Assembly: GCA_905236535.1 (NCBI GenBank)
Contig: CAJOQN010000061.1
Location: 1-35,740 of the forward strand
Reading direction: 5' to 3'
Length of the DNA: 35,740 nucleotides
Source of the DNA: an uncultured Bacilli bacterium
GTDB taxonomy: Bacteria; Bacillota_I; Bacilli_A; RFN20; CAG-826
In this document: positions 26,990 through 35,740 of the stretch, in pieces
Numbering within the stretch: position 1 is the stretch's first letter
Layout of the letters: each line of letters begins with the position of its first letter
Notes under the pieces: model-generated
The model's database searches: none
Told to the model about the DNA's origin: nothing
What the model saw: the letters and a program-made list of their open reading frames with translations, nothing else
Position numbers and translations under genes: made by a program

Positions 26990-29900
26990 ATGAAGCAACT
27001 CATCTATAAATCATACACAAATTCATCCACTGATTTTTTAGTGTCACTCCAAGAGAATTTACCAGGAGAAAGTAGTTATCTCCCACTTGATGGAAGCGTT
27101 TCATCCTATGTTTCTCTTATTCTTACCATCTCAGGATTAAACCTTCATAAAAACGACATTATCACCAATGTGACTTTGAAGTTTGAAACAAGTGCGACTT
27201 CAGGTCAAAACAATATCTCTCTTCAAGCTAATGGAACCCTCATTGACTATTCAACTAATAGAAACGAGACTGATTCCATTTATTTTGATATTACACATCT
27301 TTTCTTAACAGATTTTAATAATAACAAAACCTTCACTTTAAATCGTAACGGGAATAACAATATGACCTTTTATCTTAGACAGCCATCTGATAATGGTCTA
27401 TGCCCTGAATTAATAATTAAATATATTCCTGCTTTTGATTTTATCGATAATCAAAATAAGATTAGTGGAAGTATTGGGGATGATATGTCTTATTCTTTAT
27501 TTCTTCCGTCTTCTTTATTTAATGTTTCTTTAAAACTATTTCCTACCTTGCTTCCGTTTGAATTATCGTTTATCTATTCTTCCTATAATCCAAATCAAGC
27601 TAATTCTATTTTCCCAAAAGGCTGGAATCTTAATCTTTTATCTTCTTTAATCATAGAGTCTAATCAAATTACCCTTATAAATGCTTCTCAGATTCAAAGA
27701 GTGTTCCTCCCTGTTCCTAATGAAAGTGGATCTTACTTTGATTCAAGTGGAAGTGGACGTCTCCTCAAACTTATCAATAATGAATATCACCTCTATTCAA
27801 ATACCTTTGATGAAGACTCATATAGTGTTTTCTCTTTAGCTGGTGATATCACCTCAATCCATCTTTTAGGATATGGAGATATCACGATTACTAGAGATAC
27901 CTCTTCTCTTACGATTACAGATTATAACGGGAATGTTGTGACCTTTTTAAAATCTACACGTAGTTCATTATCCTCTCTCACCATTTCTTTAAGCGGATTT
28001 AATTCAAATTATTATTCCTTGCTTGGCAATAATTCAAATTCGTTAACCAATCTAAATTCTGATGATGGATTTTATTCTTTTTCCTATGATTTATCCAACA
28101 ATCTGATCCAGATTATTTCTCCTTCAAATGACACGTTGAAGCTATCGTATGATTCTAACAAGCGAATTAATAAGCTCGAAGAAGGAACAAGAATAAATAA
28201 CGTCAATACTTTTTCTAACTCCTATTCCATCACTTATCAACTATTCAAATATTCAATCACCGATTTTCATAATGTAATGGTGAATTATACCTATGATGAT
28301 GAATTAAGACTATTAAGCGCCTATGAACCCGAAAAGAGCAACTTTATTGGAGCGTATAAACATAGTCTTGTTTCTTCTCATAATATTCCGTTTAATAGCC
28401 TTTCATACAAATGCACTTTAAAAAATGGAAATAATGAAAGTGCTTCTATTACCTTATCTTCTTCAAACAACAATCAAAGTGTCTCTTTTATTGGATCTTT
28501 ATCAAACAATGAGACTTTTTTGAATAACAAATACTATGTCCTTGCCTTTAAACTTGATCGCTCGCCTTTGATATATTTTGAAAGCGATCATAATACCTTT
28601 TTCTCAGCTGAGAGAAGTGTTTACGCTTTGATGGAGTGTTATGATTCAAATAATAACCTCGTCTATGGGACAAGCGCCTATGTCCCTTTGATCATTAATG
28701 AAGCGACAAACGAGATAATTTTCCCATTTAAATTTATAGAGACCACTGAGTATTCTTTGGTAAATAAAATTAAAATCACCTTCTATTTAAAGGGCGATTA
28801 CGGTTCATTCACTTTTAATGATTTCAAAATCTATGAATCCTTAGAACAAGAAAAGGAGATGTATTTGGAAGTTTCTGATTCTTATCAAAGCCCAGACCTT
28901 GTTATCAATTTTAAAAAATATAAGAAAATCATTTCTTTAAAACAATATATCTACTCAACCCCATTTAACCTTTCCTATCAAGATTTCATCATCAATAAAT
29001 TGAGGTATTATTTTTCTAGTCCATCTTTTATTTTTTATAACAGACTCAGAGAGATTATTTCTTTTAATAATCAATATAACGCTGCGACATATGATGGTGA
29101 CATTTATATTAATCACTCTAATAACATCGCTCTTATTTCTAAAAGTCAAACTAGTGATTCTTCCTCGCTTTATTTAGAAGCCCAAATCCTTAAATATGAT
29201 CCTGATAACACTAATTACTTCATTATTGAAACCATCAAAAAACATGGAGTTATAGAAGAAATAACAAAATCATATTATGACAAGCACTTTAGACTCATCA
29301 AAACCATCGATAAGGATGGGATTGTTTCTTTAAATACCTATTCATCCGCGAATAATCTCACCTCGAATAAAGTGTATTTAGAAAATAATCTAAGTAAATA
29401 TTTTGAGACCACATATTCTTATAATAGACATCGTCTCACCCAAGAGAGTTACTTTTCTTCAACTTCTGTTGTCTCTAAGCAATATACATATAAGAATTAT
29501 TCTGAGATATGCACTAAATATACAAATCCTAACTCCAATAGTTTTGATTATTCATATTCCACAAATTATAAATATCTCACTAAAAATAGATATCATTTAG
29601 GGATGACCGTGGATGATTACACCCAAAGTTCATATTCTACTCAAAAGTTATCTAACACCTCATCTTCTAATCACACAAAATATCTTTTCACCTATGATAA
29701 ATATAACCTTTTAGCCTCGTTTGATTATGAGGAGTACACAAGTGGAGGTGGAGGTATCACTCCTTTTGATCCACTTGAGCCAATTGGACCTATCTCAATT
29801 GGAGATACCTATTACACCGATGACCCTCCAACATATTCAAAACTTATCGAATTTAGAAACGAGATAACCTCTAACGGAAAAACCAACCTCGCGATTTATA

Positions 29901-32047
29901 AAAATCACGATGTTATCATTTCGGAGTTTGATAAATATAGTCGCTTAACTTCTCTTAGATGTGAGAAGGATGGTGTTTCTCAAGGGGAAGCTACTTATTT
30001 ATATGCGGATTTAGATTGGATTATTAATAACTTTTATCCTTATAATTCGCCAATGTTTGATATTGCAAGCGTTCCTAATGACTATATTTCTTCAGAATCT
30101 AAACTGATCAAAATAACTGATGATGTCTTAAGCTGTTATACTTTATTCTTTTATTATCCAAATGGTTTAGTTAGTGAAATATATGTGACGGATGCTCCAT
30201 ATTCAAATATGATTGCTACCGAGTCTTTTGCTTATGATAGTCTTTTTAGACCAACAAGAGTTGCGTTTGATTATGTAGCCCCATTTGCAGCCACAATTAG
30301 AACATATGAATATGATGGTCTAGAAAAACAGCCATATAAGGAATTTATTACTCTAGATAGTCAAACCTCTCCAACTTTTGCTGTTGAAATCCATAAAGAC
30401 TCATTTGGAAGAGCCTCTCAAATAGATGAAAAGTTTACATTCTCAAAAGGATTCATCTATTCTTATGATTACTTTACGAATGGGACGCTTTTAAGTAATT
30501 TAGTTTCATCTATTGCAATAACGAGTGTTGCTAATTCATCAAATTATTCCGTCAATGATTTAACATATGATAACAACGGGAATATAACTTCAATTACCGA
30601 AACAATTCATGAGGGCAATCAAACACCAGTTACTTATCATCGCTCTTTCTCTTATTCAAGCACTGGGGTGTTGTTAAGAGACAATAATGAACAGCTTGGT
30701 AAAAGCACTAAATATGCATATGATTCAAATGGCAATATTAAAACCATTGTTTCGGGAACCTATTCAACATCATCTACAATTCCTAATTCCACAACTAAAA
30801 CATTCACTTATAGTTCAACATTTCCTGATCTTTTAACTGATTATAATGGCTCCACAATTGAATATGATGCTTATCTCAATCCTATTAGATGGGGCACAAC
30901 ATATTATGAATGGACTAGGGGAAGACTATTAAGCAAATGGCAAAAAGGCTCCACAACTGTCACATTTACCTATAACGATTCTGGATTAAGAACCTCAAAA
31001 ACGGTTGGATATACTACTCGTTTGTATTTTTATAATTCATCTAACCAACTTACTTATGAAACTACAATTGGGAATGTGACTAGTTATTACTATTCACTTA
31101 ATGGAATAGTTGGCTTTAAATACAATGGGAATCTTTATTATTACAAAAAGAACATCTTTGGTGATATCACTCATATCTATAATAGCAGTGGCAACCTTGT
31201 AGCCACTTATAAATATGATGCCTACGGTAACACAATAGTATGTAACCCAAATGGTATAGAGAATACCTCATCGTCGTTTATTGGTAATATCAATCCTTTT
31301 AGATATAGAGGGTATTACTATGATAAAGAAACCGGGTTATACTATTGTAAGTCCAGATACTACAATCCAACATGGTGTCGATGGCTCAACGCTGATTCTT
31401 TAGATTATTTGGATAACACTGAGATAGGTGGTATTAACTTATTCTCATATTGTCATAATAATCCAGTGATGTTTAAGGATGAGACTGGTCACCTACCAAC
31501 TTGGGCAAAATGGGTGATTGGAGGAGTTACTTTTGCTATATCTATCGCTTTGACGGTCGCTACTGCTGGTTCTTTGGCTCCTCTCTTTATTGGCATGGGT
31601 ATTAGTATTTTGGGTGGAGCATTAGTTGGTGGATTATCCTATACAATTGAAAACAAAGATTTTTGGGATGGTTTTGCAGAAGGAGCTGCCGATGGTGCAA
31701 TGTGGGGAGGTATTTTTTCATTAGTAGCTTCTTTATTTAATGTTGTTTCAATGGCTAGACAAGGATATACTATCGGAAAATATGGAGTTTACCAAGATGT
31801 TGCAAGAGCGACCGGAACTAATTATTATAGAGGCATGAAATCATATAATTTTGTTAAAAGCATTCTTGGAGAAAAAACAGCGAATACTTTAGCGTGGACA
31901 CAAAACAAATTTGTCTTAAAAACGGTTATGTTATTTCGCGGCCCAATTTTTAATGCAGTTAGCCCATTAACAGGAACATATGCAAAGGAAGTTGCTTTGA
32001 TTACCTCTCTGGGATATAAATATTTTTATGAAGTTTGGCCGTATTAA
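26990..32047 (+). CDS. RHS/YD-repeat polymorphic toxin-like protein (1685 aa)
   Basis: YD repeats (TYDNNGNI, AYDSNGNI, KYDAYGN), RHS core NPFRYRGYYYDKETGLYYCKSRYYNP...NLFSYCHNNPVMFKDETG, hydrophobic Gly-rich segment, variable tip. Confidence 0.92.
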   Translation: MKQLIYKSYTNSSTDFLVSLQENLPGESSYLPLDGSVSSYVSLILTISGLNLHKNDIITNVTLKFETSATSGQNNISLQANGTLIDYSTNRNETDSIYFDITHLFLTDFNNNKTFTLNRNGNNNMTFYLRQPSDNGLCPELIIKYIPAFDFIDNQNKISGSIGDDMSYSLFLPSSLFNVSLKLFPTLLPFELSFIYSSYNPNQANSIFPKGWNLNLLSSLIIESNQITLINASQIQRVFLPVPNESGSYFDSSGSGRLLKLINNEYHLYSNTFDEDSYSVFSLAGDITSIHLLGYGDITITRDTSSLTITDYNGNVVTFLKSTRSSLSSLTISLSGFNSNYYSLLGNNSNSLTNLNSDDGFYSFSYDLSNNLIQIISPSNDTLKLSYDSNKRINKLEEGTRINNVNTFSNSYSITYQLFKYSITDFHNVMVNYTYDDELRLLSAYEPEKSNFIGAYKHSLVSSHNIPFNSLSYKCTLKNGNNESASITLSSSNNNQSVSFIGSLSNNETFLNNKYYVLAFKLDRSPLIYFESDHNTFFSAERSVYALMECYDSNNNLVYGTSAYVPLIINEATNEIIFPFKFIETTEYSLVNKIKITFYLKGDYGSFTFNDFKIYESLEQEKEMYLEVSDSYQSPDLVINFKKYKKIISLKQYIYSTPFNLSYQDFIINKLRYYFSSPSFIFYNRLREIISFNNQYNAATYDGDIYINHSNNIALISKSQTSDSSSLYLEAQILKYDPDNTNYFIIETIKKHGVIEEITKSYYDKHFRLIKTIDKDGIVSLNTYSSANNLTSNKVYLENNLSKYFETTYSYNRHRLTQESYFSSTSVVSKQYTYKNYSEICTKYTNPNSNSFDYSYSTNYKYLTKNRYHLGMTVDDYTQSSYSTQKLSNTSSSNHTKYLFTYDKYNLLASFDYEEYTSGGGGITPFDPLEPIGPISIGDTYYTDDPPTYSKLIEFRNEITSNGKTNLAIYKNHDVIISEFDKYSRLTSLRCEKDGVSQGEATYLYADLDWIINNFYPYNSPMFDIASVPNDYISSESKLIKITDDVLSCYTLFFYYPNGLVSEIYVTDAPYSNMIATESFAYDSLFRPTRVAFDYVAPFAATIRTYEYDGLEKQPYKEFITLDSQTSPTFAVEIHKDSFGRASQIDEKFTFSKGFIYSYDYFTNGTLLSNLVSSIAITSVANSSNYSVNDLTYDNNGNITSITETIHEGNQTPVTYHRSFSYSSTGVLLRDNNEQLGKSTKYAYDSNGNIKTIVSGTYSTSSTIPNSTTKTFTYSSTFPDLLTDYNGSTIEYDAYLNPIRWGTTYYEWTRGRLLSKWQKGSTTVTFTYNDSGLRTSKTVGYTTRLYFYNSSNQLTYETTIGNVTSYYYSLNGIVGFKYNGNLYYYKKNIFGDITHIYNSSGNLVATYKYDAYGNTIVCNPNGIENTSSSFIGNINPFRYRGYYYDKETGLYYCKSRYYNPTWCRWLNADSLDYLDNTEIGGINLFSYCHNNPVMFKDETGHLPTWAKWVIGGVTFAISIALTVATAGSLAPLFIGMGISILGGALVGGLSYTIENKDFWDGFAEGAADGAMWGGIFSLVASLFNVVSMARQGYTIGKYGVYQDVARATGTNYYRGMKSYNFVKSILGEKTANTLAWTQNKFVLKTVMLFRGPIFNAVSPLTGTYAKEVALITSLGYKYFYEVWPY

Positions 32048-32387
32048 ATTACAACACAATAATAGTGCCATGATTAAGGCATTTAGATTTCTTTTTGATG
32101 AATTTGATTTGGAACTTGATTTTTGTTATCCATATGGTTTTCAATGGTCAAAATGGTCAAACTCAAAAATGTCTATCAAAATATCTTTTTTTTATTCTGA
32201 TTCACCTTTTTTTATTTTTGCTATTGGTTCGACAGAACAAAATCCAATCAGTTTTTATTATGAATTTTCTCCGCCTTTTTCTGATAACATGATTCAAATG
32301 CCCCTCACAGAACTTTTTTATCTTGCGGCAGACTGGTTTAAGAAGAAACTTTTTGATATACTACATCCTTGCTGTAATTTCTTTTAA
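32028..32387 (+). CDS. Putative cognate immunity protein
   Basis: Small Phe-rich ORF overlapping the rhs stop by 20 nt (alternative ATG 32070); fills the gap to miaA. Confidence 0.6.
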   Translation: MKFGRIKLQHNNSAMIKAFRFLFDEFDLELDFCYPYGFQWSKWSNSKMSIKISFFYSDSPFFIFAIGSTEQNPISFYYEFSPPFSDNMIQMPLTELFYLAADWFKKKLFDILHPCCNFF

Positions 32388-32402
32388 TATATTTTTATTT
32401 AT

Positions 32403-33263
32403 ATGCTTTATATCATTGTTGGTCCAACAGGCTCTGGAAAGACTGCTTTAGCGCATCAATTATCTGACCTCTTTGATAAGTGTCCTTTAGTGAATGCGGA
32501 TGCTTTTCAAGTGTATAAAGATTTAGATATTGGGACTGCGAAGATTAAAAAAGATTCGCCTTATTATTCTCGTTATCAACTTCTTGATTATCTATCCCCT
32601 GATAAGCCATTCTCTATTAAGGATTTTCAAGACGATTTCAGAAAAGTGGTAGATCCTAATAAAGACTATGTTGTCGTTGGTGGTTCTGGGCTTTATATTA
32701 AAGCCGCGATCTATGATTATTCATTCCCAGAAGAAGAACAATCATTTGATAACTATGATGATTTAAGCAATGAAGAATTATATTCAATGCTTCAAGAATT
32801 AGATATTGAAGCTTCTAAGAATATTCACCCTAACAATCGTAAGAGAGTGATAAGAGCGATTCAAATTGCGAAAAGCGGCCTCACTAAAAGTGAAGTGATT
32901 GAATCTCAAGAGCATAAGCTTTTATATCCATGTCGAATTATCTTTATCAATCCACATAGAGATGAATTATATGAACACATCAACAAACGAGTGGACATTA
33001 TGATTAAAGAAGGTCTCGTGGATGAATGTAAGATGCTCTTAGAGAAATATGAGTTATCCCTTACTGCAAGACAAGCGATTGGATATAAAGAGATATTTGA
33101 TTATTTAGAAGGTAAATGTTCTTTAGAATCTGCGATTGAATTAATTAAAAAGAGAAGTAGAAATTATGCGAAGAGACAAGTTACTTTCTTTAAACATCAA
33201 TTTCAGACAATTGAATATATAAGTGCTGAAGAAGCACTAAAGGCTATTAAAAATGAAAGATGA
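32403..33263 (+). CDS. miaA: tRNA dimethylallyltransferase
   Basis: GPTGSGKT, DAFQVYK-LDIGTAK, VGGSGLY, AIGYKE, NYAKRQ. Confidence 0.97.
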   Translation: MLYIIVGPTGSGKTALAHQLSDLFDKCPLVNADAFQVYKDLDIGTAKIKKDSPYYSRYQLLDYLSPDKPFSIKDFQDDFRKVVDPNKDYVVVGGSGLYIKAAIYDYSFPEEEQSFDNYDDLSNEELYSMLQELDIEASKNIHPNNRKRVIRAIQIAKSGLTKSEVIESQEHKLLYPCRIIFINPHRDELYEHINKRVDIMIKEGLVDECKMLLEKYELSLTARQAIGYKEIFDYLEGKCSLESAIELIKKRSRNYAKRQVTFFKHQFQTIEYISAEEALKAIKNER

Positions 33264-33939
33264 ATATTTAAAAAGAACGATTGGATTATTAGGTGAAGAT
33301 AATGCCTCCAAACTTTCCGAGATTACTGTTTTAGTCTGTGGTCTTGGAGGAGTGGGAGGTACTGCTTTAGAAGCTTTAGCGAGAAGTGGAATCAAACATT
33401 TCATCATCGTTGATTTTGATGTTGTTGATCCTTCTAACTTAAATAGACAAATTCTTTATGGAGAAAAAGATTTAAGACTATTGAAAGTGGAATGTGCAAA
33501 ACAACACATCTTAAATATCGATAACTCCATTAGTATGGTTTCTATGAACTCCAAGATTGATGATTCAATCGGTACAGCGTTAGATCATTTTGAAATAGAT
33601 TATATCGTGGATGCAATTGATGATGTCAAAGGGAAGATTGCTTTGGCAAAATATGCTTCTAAAAAGAACATTCCACATATCATGTCACTTGGAATGGCCA
33701 ATAGACTTGATCCCACAAAAGTGGTTATTGAAAGATTAGATAAAACCACCGATGATCCATTAGCAAGAAAGATTCGTTATGAGTTTAAGAAAGAGGGAAT
33801 TGAGACTAACAAAATTATCTGTGCGGTCTCTAAAGAAAAACCTCAAAAGGATGGCGTCAATCTCAATTCAATGATGCTTGTCCCTTCTAGTGCGGGCTTA
33901 GCAATTGCTTATCAAGTGATTTCTCACTTTATAAAATAA
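33253..33939 (+). CDS. tcdA: ThiF family protein, tRNA threonylcarbamoyladenosine dehydratase TcdA-like
   Basis: GLGGVG, DFDVVDPSNLNRQ, VDAID, DPLARKIR. Confidence 0.87.
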   Translation: MKDEYLKRTIGLLGEDNASKLSEITVLVCGLGGVGGTALEALARSGIKHFIIVDFDVVDPSNLNRQILYGEKDLRLLKVECAKQHILNIDNSISMVSMNSKIDDSIGTALDHFEIDYIVDAIDDVKGKIALAKYASKKNIPHIMSLGMANRLDPTKVVIERLDKTTDDPLARKIRYEFKKEGIETNKIICAVSKEKPQKDGVNLNSMMLVPSSAGLAIAYQVISHFIK

Positions 33940-33980
33940 AAATATAGATTATAATTAATGACAATTACGAGGAAATAAGT

Positions 33981-35585
33981 ATGGAAAGCATCTATCAAAT
34001 CGCCAAGAAAATTGGCATCAAAGAAGACTATGTCATCCCTTATGGAAAAGACAAAGCCAAAATAGATTTAGAGATTTTAAAAGAAGTTGGCAACAACCAA
34101 AACGGTAAACTTGTTTTAGTGACCGCGATTACCCCCACAAAAGCGGGCGAAGGAAAGACCACAACCAGCATCGCTCTTCACGATGGCTTTGCTTGCATCG
34201 GTCAAAAATCTTTACTTTGTTTAAGAGAACCATCTCTTGGCCCAGTCTTTGGTATTAAAGGTGGAGCCACCGGTGGTGGAAAAGCTTCCATTACTCCAAG
34301 CGAAGATATCAATCTCCATTTCACTGGTGATATGCACGCTTTAACAAGTTCCATCAATCTTATTTCCGCGATTATTGATAACCATATCTATCAAGGTAAT
34401 GAATTACGTATTAATCCTCATAAGATTATTTGGAAGAGAGCTCTTGATATGAATGACAGATCTCTTAGAAGCATCACTGTCATGCAAGATGATAAAAAAG
34501 GTATTCCACATCATGATGAATTCGTTATTACAGTTGCAAGTGAATTAATGGCCATTCTTTGTTTATCAGAGAATGATGAAGACTTCATCAGAAGAGTGAA
34601 CAACATTATCGTTGCCTATAATATGGATGATAAACCAATCTTCTTAAGAGATTTAAGAATCTCTAAAGCCATCATGAAACTTATGAGAGATGCTTTAAAA
34701 CCAAATCTCGTTCAAACCTTAGAAGGCAATCCAGTCTTCGTCCATGGCGGACCATTCGCGAATATCGCTCACGGATGTAACTCAATTATCGCCACAAAGT
34801 TAGCCCTTAAATTATCTCCAATCGTCATCACTGAGGCCGGCTTCGGCGCGGACTTAGGCGCGGAAAAATTCTTAGATATCAAATGCCGTGTGGGTGGGTT
34901 GAAACCTGACTGTGCGGTGATGGTGGCGACCATTAGAGCCCTCAAGATGCATGGAGGGCAAGCCTTCGAAGAATTAGACCAAGAAAATTTAGAAACGTTA
35001 AAGATTGGCTTTGCCAACTTAAAACAACATGTCGAGAATATAAAGAAATTTGGTTTACCAGTGGTCGTTTGTATGAATCATTTCACCCAAGACACTGAAA
35101 AGGAAACCAAACTCTTAAGAGAACTTTGCAAAGAAGAAGGCTATAAAGTTGCTTTCTGCTCCGCTTTCGTCGATGGTGGTAAAGGGGCGGTTGAACTCGC
35201 TAATGCGGTTAAAGAAACCTTGGAAAACGAAGAATCTAAATATCATCCTTTATATGATGTTAATGATTCTATAAAAGAAAAGATTAAAACCATTGCCCAA
35301 GAAATTTATCGCGCGGATGATGTCGTCTATACCGATGAAGCTTTAGAACAAATCAAAGAATTTGAAAAACTTGGATTTGGTAAGACTCCAATTTGTATCG
35401 CTAAAACCCCTCAATCATTCTCTGATGATCCTAAAGTCTTAAACTGCCCACGTAATTATAATATTTATGTGAGAGAAGTTCGCTTATCAGCAGGAGCGAA
35501 CTTCATTGTTCCACTTGCGGGAAAGATTATGACGATGCCAGGTTTGCCAAAGGTTCCAGCCGCGGTCAAAATGGAAGATAATTAA
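33981..35585 (+). CDS. fhs: Formate--tetrahydrofolate ligase
   Basis: TPTKAGEGKTT, GIKGGATGGG, HGGPFANIAHGCNS, TEAGFGADLGAEKF, TMPGLP. Confidence 0.98.
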   Translation: MESIYQIAKKIGIKEDYVIPYGKDKAKIDLEILKEVGNNQNGKLVLVTAITPTKAGEGKTTTSIALHDGFACIGQKSLLCLREPSLGPVFGIKGGATGGGKASITPSEDINLHFTGDMHALTSSINLISAIIDNHIYQGNELRINPHKIIWKRALDMNDRSLRSITVMQDDKKGIPHHDEFVITVASELMAILCLSENDEDFIRRVNNIIVAYNMDDKPIFLRDLRISKAIMKLMRDALKPNLVQTLEGNPVFVHGGPFANIAHGCNSIIATKLALKLSPIVITEAGFGADLGAEKFLDIKCRVGGLKPDCAVMVATIRALKMHGGQAFEELDQENLETLKIGFANLKQHVENIKKFGLPVVVCMNHFTQDTEKETKLLRELCKEEGYKVAFCSAFVDGGKGAVELANAVKETLENEESKYHPLYDVNDSIKEKIKTIAQEIYRADDVVYTDEALEQIKEFEKLGFGKTPICIAKTPQSFSDDPKVLNCPRNYNIYVREVRLSAGANFIVPLAGKIMTMPGLPKVPAAVKMEDN

Positions 35586-35615
35586 AATTTTTAAAATATT
35601 TTTACGAAAATGACA

Positions 35616-35650
35616 TAAAACCCTCCTATTTATAAGTAAGGGGGTTTTTA
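35616..35650. terminator. Probable bidirectional terminator after fhs
   Basis: AAAACCCTC...GGGGGTTTT inverted repeat with T/A tails. Confidence 0.65.
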
Positions 35651-35711
35651 TTATTGATAAAAGCAATATATTTTTTACCAATTAAGGGAAAATATGTTTC
35701 ACCAATATTGG

Positions 35712-35740
35712 TTATTCGTCTTTAAACAAGTCCTCCTTGC
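35712..35740 (-). CDS. Possible 3' end of a convergent gene running off the window (…KEDLFKDE*)
   Basis: Short open minus-strand frame ending in TAA, facing the bidirectional terminator; too short to verify. Confidence 0.25.

Noticed and set aside
26953-32402. rhs block as a transposon or prophage
   Set aside because: No integrase/transposase, terminal repeats or target-site duplication seen
18917-33263. Possible Mycoplasma-type code 4 (TGA=Trp), prompted by scarce TGA stops
   Set aside because: All genes are full-length under code 11 and the Trp codons I checked are TGG; TGA ends the exonuclease (18917-18919) and miaA (33261-33263) at sensible positions
1779-35681. Many short overlapping or antisense ORFs in the track (e.g. 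1779-2090, 11597-11962, 22748-23179, 23468-23686)
   Set aside because: Shadow frames of well-supported genes, with no SD and no recognisable motifs
1-35740. CRISPR array, tRNA or rRNA genes
   Set aside because: No regularly spaced repeats or cloverleaf/rRNA signatures; intergenic gaps are short and otherwise explained

Overview
AT-rich chromosomal window from a reduced-genome, low-GC Bacilli-type bacterium (inferred Erysipelotrichales/RFN20/RF39-like; standard code 11, since Trp is TGG and TGA is used as stop). It is mostly a compacted version of Bacillus subtilis-like core synteny. In order: hit, two large tandem lipoproteins (PrsA/parvulin-like), sufCDSUB running into mnmG-rsmG-soj, an FMN riboswitch with ribU, a ferredoxin missed by the ORF track, cmk-der-HU, cca-dnaD-nth, recU plus a DEDD exonuclease, gpsB-rnpB (type B RNase P RNA), pgsA-pncC-recA-rny-ymdB-miaB, miaA-tcdA-fhs. 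The one clearly accessory block is a 1685-aa RHS/YD polymorphic-toxin gene and a putative immunity gene inserted between miaB and miaA, where mutSL usually sits. Most notable observations: an in-frame MiaB-RicA(YmcA/YlbF) fusion downstream of RNase Y; the signal-peptide-less RHS toxin with an unassigned C-terminal domain; the giant PrsA-like lipoprotein pair; a 6S-like rod-shaped RNA candidate upstream of rny; loss of ponA next to recU while gpsB is retained; and several apparently leaderless genes. All calls come from reading motifs and synteny by eye; no database searches were run.
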